A DNA stretch of 63,683 bases, the filler included, from Cercozoa sp. M6MM (Eukaryota > Protista > Endomyxa: Ascetosporea): assembly GCA_040357565.1 (NCBI GenBank). It is 4 parts of 4 records of this genome, joined end to end, with 100 filler letters (N's around TTAATTAATTAA, not from the genome) between each part and the next. Parts side by side here need not be neighbours in the genome. Positions count along the whole stretch, not along the records: positions 1 to 27,898 come from JBDODJ010000142.1; 3 more parts are not named here. One strand, 5' to 3'. Shown here in pieces: positions 1-10,670 of this stretch (position 1 is the stretch's first letter; every line of letters begins with the position of its first letter). Both the position numbers and the translations under genes were made by a program. Below the pieces are notes generated by a model. The model made no database searches. It was given only the letters and a program-made list of their open reading frames with translations, and was not told the origin of the DNA.

Positions 1-37
1 GGGGGGGTAAGAGAGGGGCAAGGAGGTTAAAGCAAAG

Positions 38-1953
38 CTACTCGGGATCCGGAACGATCTGCATGTGCAGCAGCTGCGCCTTGTCGCTGTCGCTTTCGGT
101 GGGGAAGAGCGCCTTGACTTCGTCGTTGCGAATCACGCGTGCGAATTCGAGTTTCTCGCCGAACTTGAGCCACTGGGAAAAGGGGGGTAAGGGGTTAGCG
201 GAGGAGATAAGGATGGGAGAGTGCACCAGAGCCTTGAGCAGACGAGGCAGGCGTTTCTTGTCGTTGGGAGTGACGAGGGCCACGGTGGGTCGGCCCTTGG
301 CGGCGGCCTGCTGCAGCCACGCGGACAGTTCGTCGACGCGACGCAGCGTGGGCACAGCACTCTCATCTACGGCCGCCTTGGCCAGCAGCGAGTGCGCCTG
401 CTTGACCAGAGCCTCCGTCTTGCGGGCACCTTGGTACTCCTGCGGACGCTGCTGCTGCTTGTCCCCGGCAGGCAGGTACTTAAGGGTCGGGTATCCCTGG
501 ACCTGGTGCTGTTGACACAGTGCCTGCGACTGCTCGTTCGTACAGTCCACGGTGACGAACTTGACCTGTCCCTGCAGCTGCTGGGCGGCACGACGGTACT
601 CGGGCTCCAGTGCCTTGCAATGACCGCACCAGGGTGCAAAGAACTCCAGCACCACCGGCAGTCGCTCTTGCAGCACCACCTGCGCCCAGTTGGACGACGT
701 CGCCTTCACGCGCAGATCCGGCACCTTGTCCTTCTTCTGCTTCTTGTCCTTCTTCTGCTTCTTCTGCTTTTGTCGCTCCTGACGCTTCTGCTTGCGCTCG
801 GCACGCTTGCGTTCCTGTCGCGCCTTCTTGTCCTACAGTCCAGGTGCAATCCAGTCCAGGAAAAATCCAGTCCAGTCCAGGTACAATCCAGTCCAGTCCA
901 GGTACAATCCAGTACAGTCCAATCCAATTCATTCAGTACAGGACAAACGTACCGCAGAAGGATCGACGCCCAGCTTATCGGTCAGGAAGGATCGCATCGT
1001 GCTGCGCGTCGCCTTTTCCAAAACGAGCGCTTCGTCGGCGTCGGCCAGGTAGAGCAGAACAACCGGCAATCGTTCCTCCAGTGTCATCTCAAGTTTCTCC
1101 GACACTGCTTTCGTCTTTTTCTGACCGGCCACGACGCCCAGGGAGACCTGCAGCACGCAAACTGTCGACTTGACTCTGACTCGACTGGAAGAAAGTGAAA
1201 GCTCACATGATCAGCGAAATCGAGCGAAAGCGACTTGAGTGCCGGCGAGACTGAAGTGTCCTTGGTGAACACAACAGCACGTGCACCGTCTTGCTCCAGG
1301 AAGGCGTCGAACTGCAACAAGATTCACAATATTCAAGCTTTCATTTTTTATTTGCAAACACAAAACTGCACCTTCTTGACAGTCAGCGACTTGGCGGCGC
1401 TCTTCATGTTTTGCGTGATGAAGTCGTACATGGCCTATGTTAGACACATTCTTACCGCTTCCTCACCCCTACCCTACATGCTCCTCCCCCAAAGCCTCAA
1501 CTCACATCGACTTCGCGCGCGCCGTTGTAGTCGATGGCGCGCCCGTTCTTGAAGAGTTTGAGCGTCGGGAAGCCCTGCACAAAGTAAAATTTTGACGAGA
1601 AAAATCTGGCAGAGTGAAACGCGGCGCGCCTGGATGCCGTGACGCTGCGCGAGCTCCTTCTCTTGGTCGCAGTCGACGGCAGCCACCGTGACGACACCCT
1701 TGAGCTTCTTGGCCAGCTGGCGGTACTTGGGCGCCAGTGCCTTGCAGTGCCCGCACCACGGAGCAAAAAACTCCACCATCACCACCTGCAAAATACAGAC
1801 AACGGCGATGAAAGCTGCAAGCAGTGTCAAAGCACACTCAGGCACCTGATCACTGTCGGCCACGACATCGCGCCAGTTTCGCGACGTCACTGGCACCTGT
1901 GCCTGCACCAGCGACACGGCGAGCAGTGCCAGAATCGCCAGATACCACTGCAT
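38..1953 (-). CDS. Protein disulfide-isomerase family protein (signal peptide, two WCGHC thioredoxin domains, Lys/Gln-rich linker); multi-exon, 3' end likely runs off the window
   Basis: Signal peptide MQWYLAILALLAVSLVQA; VEFFAPWCGHCKALAP...VAAVDCD...GFPTLKLF; second domain LEFFAPWCGHCKALEP...GYPTLKY; exons joined by short introns. Confidence 0.9.
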
Positions 1954-2417
1954 TCTCTCTCTTCAATGCTATTTCGACCTCTCTCGGTGACTCTCTGTGG
2001 TCACTGACGTCAACCGCCAAAATCGAAACTGCAAATGGAAAAATGCTAGTTTCGCCAAAGCTATATTATGCCGTATTGGCAATGCACAACCGCAACAGTG
2101 CACACAACACACGCTGACACTGCTCTGTTTATCACTTTGTGCCCGTATTGTACTGAACCGGATCCAGCAGAAAACGAGCCGGGGCACAGTCAAAGAGTGT
2201 CCGCCCTGACCGCCAGGGATTCTCCTGATTCTGATCAGCATTGTGAAGAATCGCCTAGATCTCTTGCTTCAACATTACGCAGCGGGATTGTTGGTTCGAG
2301 TGCACACCAATTGTTTCTTTGTTTCTCTGCGTTGTTGTGGTACGCCGCTCTCATACATACTGATGCATCACGATATATGTGGATGCAGAAGAACCGCGCG
2401 AAGCGTTATCGACAGTG

Positions 2418-3416
2418 ATGAAGGACTGGCATCCCGTGACGCAGGCTCTCGTAGCAGGCATTGTGTAAGTTGTCCAATAAGGAAACGTGTGTCTTGTGTA
2501 CGTAGTGGTGTGGTGCAGTGTCTGGGCCTCGACCGCCTTGGGTGCGGCCGTCTTGTGTACGTAGTGGTGTGGTGCAGTGTCTGGGCCTCGACCGCCTTGG
2601 GTGCGGCCGTGGTCTTCTTCACGCGCAAGGTGTCCTCCCGAGTGATGGACCTGCTGTTCGGCCTGGCTGCTGGCGTTATGGTGCGCCCTGTCATACCCTT
2701 TATTGATGTCTCTATATATGTATTGATATGTATACATTAGACCTGGCATATTTTGTTTATGAGCAGGTGGCAGCAGCGACGCTGGGTCTCTTTGCCGAAG
2801 GCGTCGAGATGTCGGAGGAGGATGAGTTCTGGGGCGAGACGTGGTCGTGGGTGCCGCCGTCGATCGGCATGGCGATCGCTTTCGTGCTGGTGCACGCGCT
2901 GAGTGGCTACGTCGACCGCTTCCGCGCGCAGAACGCCGACGCCGACGTGCTGGCCGTGGCCGAGCATAGCATGGCCGAGCACCAGATTCACGACGGCGCC
3001 TTCACGCCGGCCAACCGCTCCTCCATCCAGGGCGGTCTGGGCAAACGCGATCCCAACGACCTCGAGTCGGCGCTGCTGAACACCTCGCTGGGCGAGCGCG
3101 TCGCCTTCAAGGGCGAGCTTTCGGCCGCCGACGACGCCGACAGCAGCGACCTTACCTTCAGCGAGCGCATGAAGACCTCGTCCACTTTCCGACGCGTCTT
3201 TGTCTTCATCTTTGCCATGTAGCGTCTCTGTCTATCTGTATTTGTATATATAAGTGTATATATATATGTATATATATATATAAGTATATATTATATGTGT
3301 CTGTATGATTGTGTAGGACTGTGCACAACTTCCCCGAGGGTGTCGCCGTCGGTGTCGCCTACGGCGGTGGTGACTTTGGTGCCGCCCTTGCTCTCACTGT
3401 GGTACGTCAGTGACAT

Positions 3417-3454
<38 letters not shown>

Positions 3455-3883
3455 TGGTATATGTAAATTTATATGTGTATGTATGGGTGGGCAGGGCATC
3501 TGCATCCAGAACCTGCCGGAAGGCATGGCGGTGTCGCTGCCGCTGCGCAAGGAGGGCATGTCGCTCTGGAACTCCTTCATGTGGGGCCAGCTCTCCGGCC
3601 TCGTGCAGCCGCTGGGTGCCGTGCTGGGAGCGCTGGCCACGGTGGCCTTTGAGGGCTTGCTGCCCTACGCTGTGGGCTTTGCCGCCGGTGCCATGCTGTA
3701 CGTCGTCATCGAGGAGGTCATCCCTGACGTGCATCTCAAGAAGGGCGCCGTGAAGTTCATGTCGTACGGCTTCCTCGTCGGCTTCATCGTACCCTCTGTT
3801 TTCCTGTGTACCGCAGGCATCTGTTACTCTTTGTTGTTTGTGTTTGACAGGTCATGGTGTCGCTCGACACGGCCTTCGCATAA
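2418..3883 (+). CDS. ZIP11: ZIP (SLC39/GufA-type) zinc/metal transporter, ZIP11-like; true start may be further upstream
   Basis: Spliced translation HPVTQALVAGIVVWASTALGAAVVFF...FGLAAGVM...TVHNFPEGVAVGVAYG...IQNLPEGMAVSLPL...GFAAGAMLYVVIEEVIP; TAA at 3881-3883. Confidence 0.9.
2491..2608 (+). repeat. Perfect 59-bp tandem duplication spanning an intron acceptor and the start of the next exon
   Basis: GTCTTGTGTACGTAGTGGTGTGGTGCAGTGTCTGGGCCTCGACCGCCTTGGGTGCGGCC at 2491-2549 and 2550-2608. Confidence 0.95.
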
Positions 3884-4410
3884 GCTGCCTTTTTATTTTA
3901 TTGCCCGCTTGCCTGCTGGCGTCGTGCATGTGCATACCTTCCATCCGAGCTCCCAAGACAATAACACGTGCTGTCCACCCCAAACGAAGCGTACAATTGT
4001 GCTCCCAAAAACCTCACCGGCAGCCACCGTATGCATGCACAACGCGCTCCGCTCGCTCAAGCGAATTCCATTCGAAGACAGTAGTTTTATGTTGTTGAAC
4101 TGAACTTTCGTGACTCGAACGGTACGCACGACTTCAATGTGTCGACTGCCTGACTGGCTGGAATACGATAGCCATAAAGTAACTAAGTTCAGTTATTTCT
4201 TGTCTACCGGTTCAAGTAACTGAACGTCGGCACTAAAGTACTGTAACGAACGGCAGACGATGTTAGCGGCGCACGGCAGGCGAGCCGAGGTCGGGTGGTC
4301 AGATGCGACTCAGCAGTCGCATGCGATCGGCTCGCGAACGGTGCGAGCCGAAACTGCCGCCTCTGCCGCTTTTGTTGCTACGCACATTGATATGCACACA
4401 GACAGACAAG

Positions 4411-6323
4411 TCAGACCCAGTCGACACATGGGTAGGGGAGGGCAGGGTACCCACTGGTACGACGCAAGAGAGGAACCGGCGGTGCGGCGTTGCCGCTGCT
4501 GGTGGTGCCTTCGGTGGAAGCAGCAGTCTCGTTGGTGAGATCGACGAGTGAGTCCGTGTCGCTCGTGAGGTCAATGTCGAAACTCAGCTCCATTGGGTTC
4601 CTCCTGCCTCTGACTCGAGGTGCAGGTGGATTGTTGTCGTTGTTTCTGTTGCTGCTACTTTGGACAGTGTTGTTGTTGCTTTGATTGCTTCTGTTGTCGC
4701 TTTGATTGTTTTTGCCGCTGTCGTTGAGACCAAGCAAGTCGTACAGAGGGTCGTCATCGTTGTCATTGTCGTTGTTGCTGTTGTTACTGTTGTCATTATT
4801 GTTGTTACTGTTGCTGTTGGCATCGGTGTTGTTTCTGTCGCTGTTGTGAGAAACGCGGCGGCGTTTCGGCGGACGCGAGTCGTTTCTTGCAGCGGCAGCG
4901 CCGTTGGCCGAGTGCGGAGACTGCAGCTGCTGGCGCAGACGGACGCACTCGGCGCGAGACCGTTTCAGCTGCCAGCGCAGTCGCTGCACTTCCTCCGCGC
5001 TCGCCTGGGTAGGGGGTAGGGGTAGGGGGTAGGGGTAGGGGTAGGGGTAGGGGTAGGGGTAGGGGTAGGGATAGGGTAGGCGTAGGGGTAGGCGTAAAGA
5101 GCATGTGGGTAGAGTAAAGGGCAGTGGGGTAGGAGTAAAGGAGGGTGTGGAGGTGGGGGACGAAAGGAGAGTGTGAGGGAGCAGAGGGTACAGTCACAGT
5201 GGTAGGTTGACTCTGCTTCCAGCGCGCCTGCTCGCGCGTGAGTCGACGGAACTCCCGACGCAGCCAGGTGACTTGCACTTCGAGCTGTTTGACTTGTCGC
5301 GCCGGCGGTTGCGACTTGTTGTCGCGCATGAGTTGCTCGTACTCGGCGTCGTTGCCCTGCATCAGTTCCAGCACCGGCTCGGCCAGGGCCATCTTCTGCA
5401 CCAGCAGCTGTGCATTGCGCTGCAGTCGCTCCACGTCCTCCTGCGCCTCGCCCAGTTCTTTCTCCAGCTTCTCTGCTGTACGGGCAGGGGGTAGAGTGTG
5501 AGGCAAAGGGGAGATAGAGGAATAGAGAGATGGAGGGATAGAGAGATGGAGGGACAGAGATAGAGGAGCAGAGAGGTGAGGGGAAGAATACACTTGGTGC
5601 GTGCGCGGTTGACTTGCTGCCGCAACTGCTCGATGTGCGACTCTGTGCTCGACTGCTGTCGCAGCAGTGTTTCCACTTGCGTCTGCTTCTGTTTCAACGC
5701 CTTCTCAGCAGCCTCTGTTTTCTCCTTGGCCTCTTCGAGTTGCCGCTTGGCCTCGCGCGCCTTCTCCTGCGCCACCAGTGTGTCGGCAGCTCTGTCCGAG
5801 GGATACACATGCACAGGCAAGAGGTACAAGGATACAGGAATAGTGCATACCCAGAGTTGCCCAGCTTGGCAATGATCTGTTGTGCTACTTTACGCGGCTC
5901 GAGAAACAGTGACACGGCTTGATTCCTCTACAGTTATATATGCACATGTCTACCTAAGGCAAGGTGCGCGGGGGGGGGGTACCCTGCTCGGTTTCTTGCA
6001 CAGAGGACATCGTTGATCGCCGCGTCTTAGCCACGTTGAAATGCACTTTTGGTGGAACACATGACCACACGGAAGTGCCATGAGATCTGCACATATGCAC
6101 ATGGACCCAGTCGGTCAAGTCATGGAACCATCAAGGTTTTTCTACCTGTCCCAAGTGGATCCTGACAGATCACACACGGTTCCGCCAGGTCATCCTCATC
6201 GTCGCTGTCACTTGAATCTCCCAGCACTCTGTCTGTGGCCGATGTCGCCGGTGCTGCGTCGTTCGACAAATCGACAACGTCCTCCTCGGAATCCAAGGTG
6301 TGCACAGCACGGAAGACCGACAT
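4411..6323 (-). CDS. RING-H2 E3 ligase with long coiled coil and Asn-rich tail (TRAIP-like architecture)
   Basis: Spliced CVICQDPLGTDLMALPCGHVFHQKCISTWLRRGDQRCPLCKK, followed by heptad-rich exons (QEKAREAKRQLEEAKEK...). Confidence 0.8.
5007..5095 (+). repeat. Intronic (GGGGTA)n tandem array
   Basis: Directly visible run of GGGTAG units inside an intron of the RING gene. Confidence 0.95.
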
Positions 6324-6556
6324 TTTCCGAGGAAACGGCGCCCACCGACTCCAGCCTCCACAGACGCTAGACGCACTAACACAACTTCGTTCGCGCTGGC
6401 ATTCGCCTCGATCAACGATTTACTGCACAGCAATTCTGTCTATACGTCCGACTCACAGCATATCCTTGCGGCTCACTGCCCACCGGCTCGAAACGCGGAA
6501 CCGAGTTTAGCAGTGTGAAACTATGTAGTGAGGCTGTCAACAGCCGTGCATAGGGA

Positions 6557-8842
6557 ATGGAGAGCGTAGATGATGATCTTAGCGCGGAGCTAGACCGGCT
6601 CATGCAGACGTCTGATCAGGCGTTTGAACATGCACATGCATTGCATGGGGTACTCTGCACATACCTGTGATCGTGATCTACGCGAGTTTTAGTGGTCTGA
6701 AAAATGTGCCTGAATTGTCTGTGCTTTTGCCAGATGTGCTGATTTGATCTGACTGTTGATCTTTCTGTGTGTTCAGAAAATGCTAGACCGCTGCTTTGAA
6801 GTTCTGGAGCAGAGTATAGGCAAGATGAGTGTTTCCGGCGTCGCGATGCTGGGCGAGCAGGTGGAAGCTCTCGCCCTGAACATTGGTCTCGAACCAACGT
6901 TGCGACCGCTGCAACCTCTTCCAGTTTCTTCTGGCGAGTCGAATCTACTCGACAACACTGCCGAAGGCACGTGCATGTCGCGTTCTTCGGCACGTTCATC
7001 GCACACTTCGTCTCAAGCTTCTCACACTTTGTCTCAAGCTTCTCGCGCTTTGTCGCAAGTGTCGTCTCACGCGTCGTTTGCGCAAGGCGAGACAGGTTCG
7101 AACGCGAGCGAAATCGTCACGAAATCCACTGAAACGAGGCGGCACAACGAAAGAAGGACGAACGCGCGCGAATTCGTGCCGCCGGTGAAGAAGCAACCCG
7201 TGTTTCCGTTCAGCACAGCCAAGAAACCAACCACAGCCAAGAAAGCGCGCAAGCAAAGCACGCGTTCGCTGTCGCGAAAGCGACCTCTTTTCGACGACGG
7301 CAACGATGCCATGCTGCTCTCCAATGTGCGTTTCTTCCCGTTGTTTGTTCTATTTATATGTGCTGGTCTCGTATGTAATGTGCGGGTGTTTGTGTGCAAG
7401 CAGGTGCAGGTGCAAAACCTCAACGCACCTGCCGACAAAAACGGCGAGGAAATCGTCGATGATTCCATTCTCGAGGTGTGTTGCTGGTCCTTTGCCTATT
7501 CCATTGCTCTCCAATACCATACGTGCGGGCAGGACGAAGACTCGGACGACGAGGTGCTGCTTACGTCGCAGCGAACCAAAGTGCGTCGTCTGTCGCTACA
7601 GCACTCGGCCGCCAGTTCGCGGCAGATCGAGGCTCAGGAACGCGCACGTCTCACACGCGAAAAACGTAGCAACCAGCCTTTGCTACCTCCTTGCACTCTT
7701 CCGTTCTACCCTTGTGCCCTCTTGCCTTCAGAGAAAACGCCACTGCCGAAAATTCGTCGAAAGTTTGCGGCCAAAACACCCGTCACTCAGCGCAAGGTAT
7801 GTGGATTGTTTGGTTCCCTTTACTCTTTCTTTTTACACCGACATCTTATCTCTTTCTTGTAGGTGTACCGAGCGAGGTCAAAGACGCCAAAGAAGTCACA
7901 GCAGCAGCAGCAATCACAGTCGGCCAAGTTGAAAGCCTTTGAAGCAGCGAAGCACCTCTTTTCGCCACGGCCCAGCAAAGTAGAGTTTGATTTACTCCCT
8001 CTCCCTTACCCCTGCCTCGTTGTACATCTATCTCGGTGCTGTAGAGGGGGAACACGAGGCAGCAACAACAGTCGAAACGCATGGATGCGCGAATGCAGAA
8101 GCGCGACATCCTCATGTCCAATGTATTTCCTTCCATATATATATATATATATATATACGAACTTGCTTGAACCAGATCAAAGAAAACGCCGGAATGCCGA
8201 GCTTTGCGAAATCTACGGCCTCGGCGCGCGGCAAGTCGCGCAAGCCGCAGTCCGTCGTGTCGAGGACACTGGTAGCCACGCTTTCCTTCTCCGACCCCCT
8301 GCCTGTCTGCCTTGTGGACCAGAGTTGTTGTGCAGTCAGCGAGGCGGCCGAGGTCGTCGCGGCCGACGCCGGTGCCTATCGTTAGTGAGAGTGTACCTGT
8401 TCACATGTACGTGTGTGTGTGTGTTGATACAGATATACATATGACACATGGTATGCGTGCGCAGATGGACCTCAACTCCACCGCGCTGGAGCAGCAGATT
8501 CTCGCAGCCTCACCGTCTGTCGGTAGTGTCCGTTATTTTTGTACGGTATCCCACGTTATCTGTGTGTGTACAGCGGCCAAGGCGCTACACTGGGATGGCG
8601 AATACCGTCCGCCTGCGTCGGAATTTGACGTCTCCATCGTCAAGAGTCCGTACCGTTCTCCCTTATGTACGCACAAATTGGTCCTCTACACGGATCGTTT
8701 GTGTGTGGTGAGACAGACCCCCGTCCGACGACGGCGAAAGTGAGGATGAGGAAGAGCAAAAGGAAGACGTCCGACCAAAGGAGAAGCGAAAGCTGCCGCG
8801 GTACGACCCGTTTTATATTTGTGTTCATACGTATGGATACAT

Positions 8843-8895
<53 letters not shown>

Positions 8896-9542
8896 GGTGG
8901 GCCCGAAGGAGCTGCCACGCGCGCTGCGGCGTCAATTGCGCGTCGATCCAGATCCGATCTTTGGCGAGGTCGACTTAAAACTGCTGCAGGTAGAGTCTTC
9001 CCTCTAGTTCTTGTCCCTACCTACCCTACCCACGTATGTATCCTTGGGAGCAGAGGAATTGGTCGGAGATCTTTCCGAATGCAGTGGCTGCTGGCAAGGA
9101 GGTACACATAGACACACAACTGCATGTTGGAAATATCGCTATGTGCATGTTGCTTCGCAGCGACTGAAGAAACCGCTTGTTGTGCCACGCGACGAAATAC
9201 GCAAATACAAGGAGACCATGAATTTCAAGTACTCTGCTCCCTCTGCCCCGTTATCTCTTTCTTCTATCTCTACCCCCCTTTATGCTTGCTACAAAGAAAA
9301 CTGTCACCGGAGCGAGTACTGTCGGCGGTGGCGAGCAATACAGCCCTTGCTTTCCGTCGTCGCGCCGGGCGCATCACCCGCGCCGCTGTGCCGCGCAAGC
9401 CACGCAGCAAGCACGCGTAACTATGTCCCCGACTCAGTTGCCTCGAGAGCGAGTTGATGCATGTCCCTTCCTCTTGTGCAGGACACGACGACGGCCCTAT
9501 GCCGAACGCGTGTCGGCGCAGCCCGGGAAGATTCGTTTTTAG
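6557..9542 (+). CDS. INCENP: INCENP-like protein (low-complexity body, C-terminal Aurora-binding IN-box)
   Basis: Spliced SDDGESEDEEEQKEDVRPKEKRKLPRWVGPKELPRALRRQLRVDPDPIFGEV matches the IN-box pattern (acidic run, K-x-P-x-W, Q...DPD-x-IFG); the rest is S/T/K-rich. Confidence 0.6.
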
Positions 9543-9651
9543 TGATGTCCGATCATGACCCACGCCAATCAATTCAACTGAACGACGCGACGCGGTGCTG
9601 TGCTGACGTGACGGACAGTGGATGTTGAGTTTACTGAACTAACGTCAAGTA

Positions 9652-10129
9652 GTTAGTTGAGTCTTCTAGGAAACCAACTGTGTAGTTTGTTACAGACTGA
9701 CTCAGAATATGCAGTCTCCGCGGGGATAAACCCAGACAGACCAGTTGGTCTCCCATCATTGAAGTAAAAGAGAAAGAAGAGTTAAGAGTTTGTGGCTCTG
9801 CGATTGAGCCTGCCAGTTGGCATAAGAGAAAACCTCATCTACTTGGCATCAGCTGAGAGAAGGGGTTTTTTAATCTTCTCACGATTGACGTAAGAACCCA
9901 GTTGGGTTCTTTTCACTGACAACCGTCAGTTACAAGTTTCCCTGCACCAGTCCGGGGTGGGTCACAAGAGCATGGCCGTGTGCACCGCCCGCTTAGGCAC
10001 CAGTCCGGGGTGGGTAGGACTATACAACTACCCTTTGGACTTCATGGTTGGTGCATAGCGGGCTGCGAGTAGAGAGGCGTCGCAGGCGGCGTCGGGTCGT
10101 CCCGTCGTCTTCCCGTCTCTCCACCTGGT
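9652..10129 (+). mobile_element. Dispersed repeat, copy 1 (intron-less form), flanked by 15-bp direct repeats AACTAACGTCAAGTA
   Basis: 9693-9802 matches 31354-31463 (110 bp, 4 mismatches); further shared blocks extend to 9930; direct repeats at 9637-9651 and 10130-10144. Confidence 0.7.
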
Positions 10130-10194
10130 AACTAACGTCAAGTAATCAAACTGTATTTTCTTGTTTTCACTTTACTCCGCCTAAACGAAAATGC

Positions 10195-10547
10195 GGGAAT
10201 CCTCCCCTATCGTCGGGTAAAAATAGTGAGCCCATGAAAAAACCTGTCGCGAAGCAAGCTATTGTTACCTTTAGTAGAGCCTGGACATGTGTAGTGGTTG
10301 TCTAGGCATCACTGAACTACTGGACGCTAGTTTGTCAAATTCTCATGTTTTTTTCAACCAATTTACCCGATTTTCACTCGACGCGCCCCGATCGCTAATG
10401 ATGCTCCGCACACGGCTAGTGTATTTATAGAGCACATACTGGGGATCAGTGAAACGTGCTATCTTTCTATACTGATCAACATCATATCTGCTTGTTGGCT
10501 CAGTTTTATGGGCTCACTATTTTACCCGACGATACGGTAGGATTCCC
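10195..10547. mobile_element. MITE of Mutator (MULE) type, 353 bp
   Basis: About 40-bp imperfect TIRs: left GGGAATCCTCCCCTATCGTCGGGTAAAAATAGTGAGCCCAT, right (reverse complement) GGGAATCCTACCGTATCGTCGGGTAAAATAGTGAGCCCAT; exact 9-bp TSD CGAAAATGC at 10186-10194 and 10548-10556; no ORF. Confidence 0.88.
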
Positions 10548-10670
10548 CGAAAATGCACGTTGGTCTCCATCGCATGGATAGCGCGACGGGAGTCTTACCA
10601 CGCAGTTCAAACATTGGTTGTAAGTAAACCTTGGTTGTACTTACAGTGAGTGTCAGTGTGGGTGGGTGCT

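Noticed and set aside
221-1198. Long plus-strand ORFs opposite real genes (also 12899-13751, 16467-17204, 48685-49581)
   Set aside because: Antisense shadows of GC-rich coding exons or of microsatellites; conserved motifs lie on the other strand
9944-10015. CRISPR-like repeat-spacer-repeat (19-bp repeats, 34-nt spacer)
   Set aside because: Only two units, eukaryotic context, no cas genes
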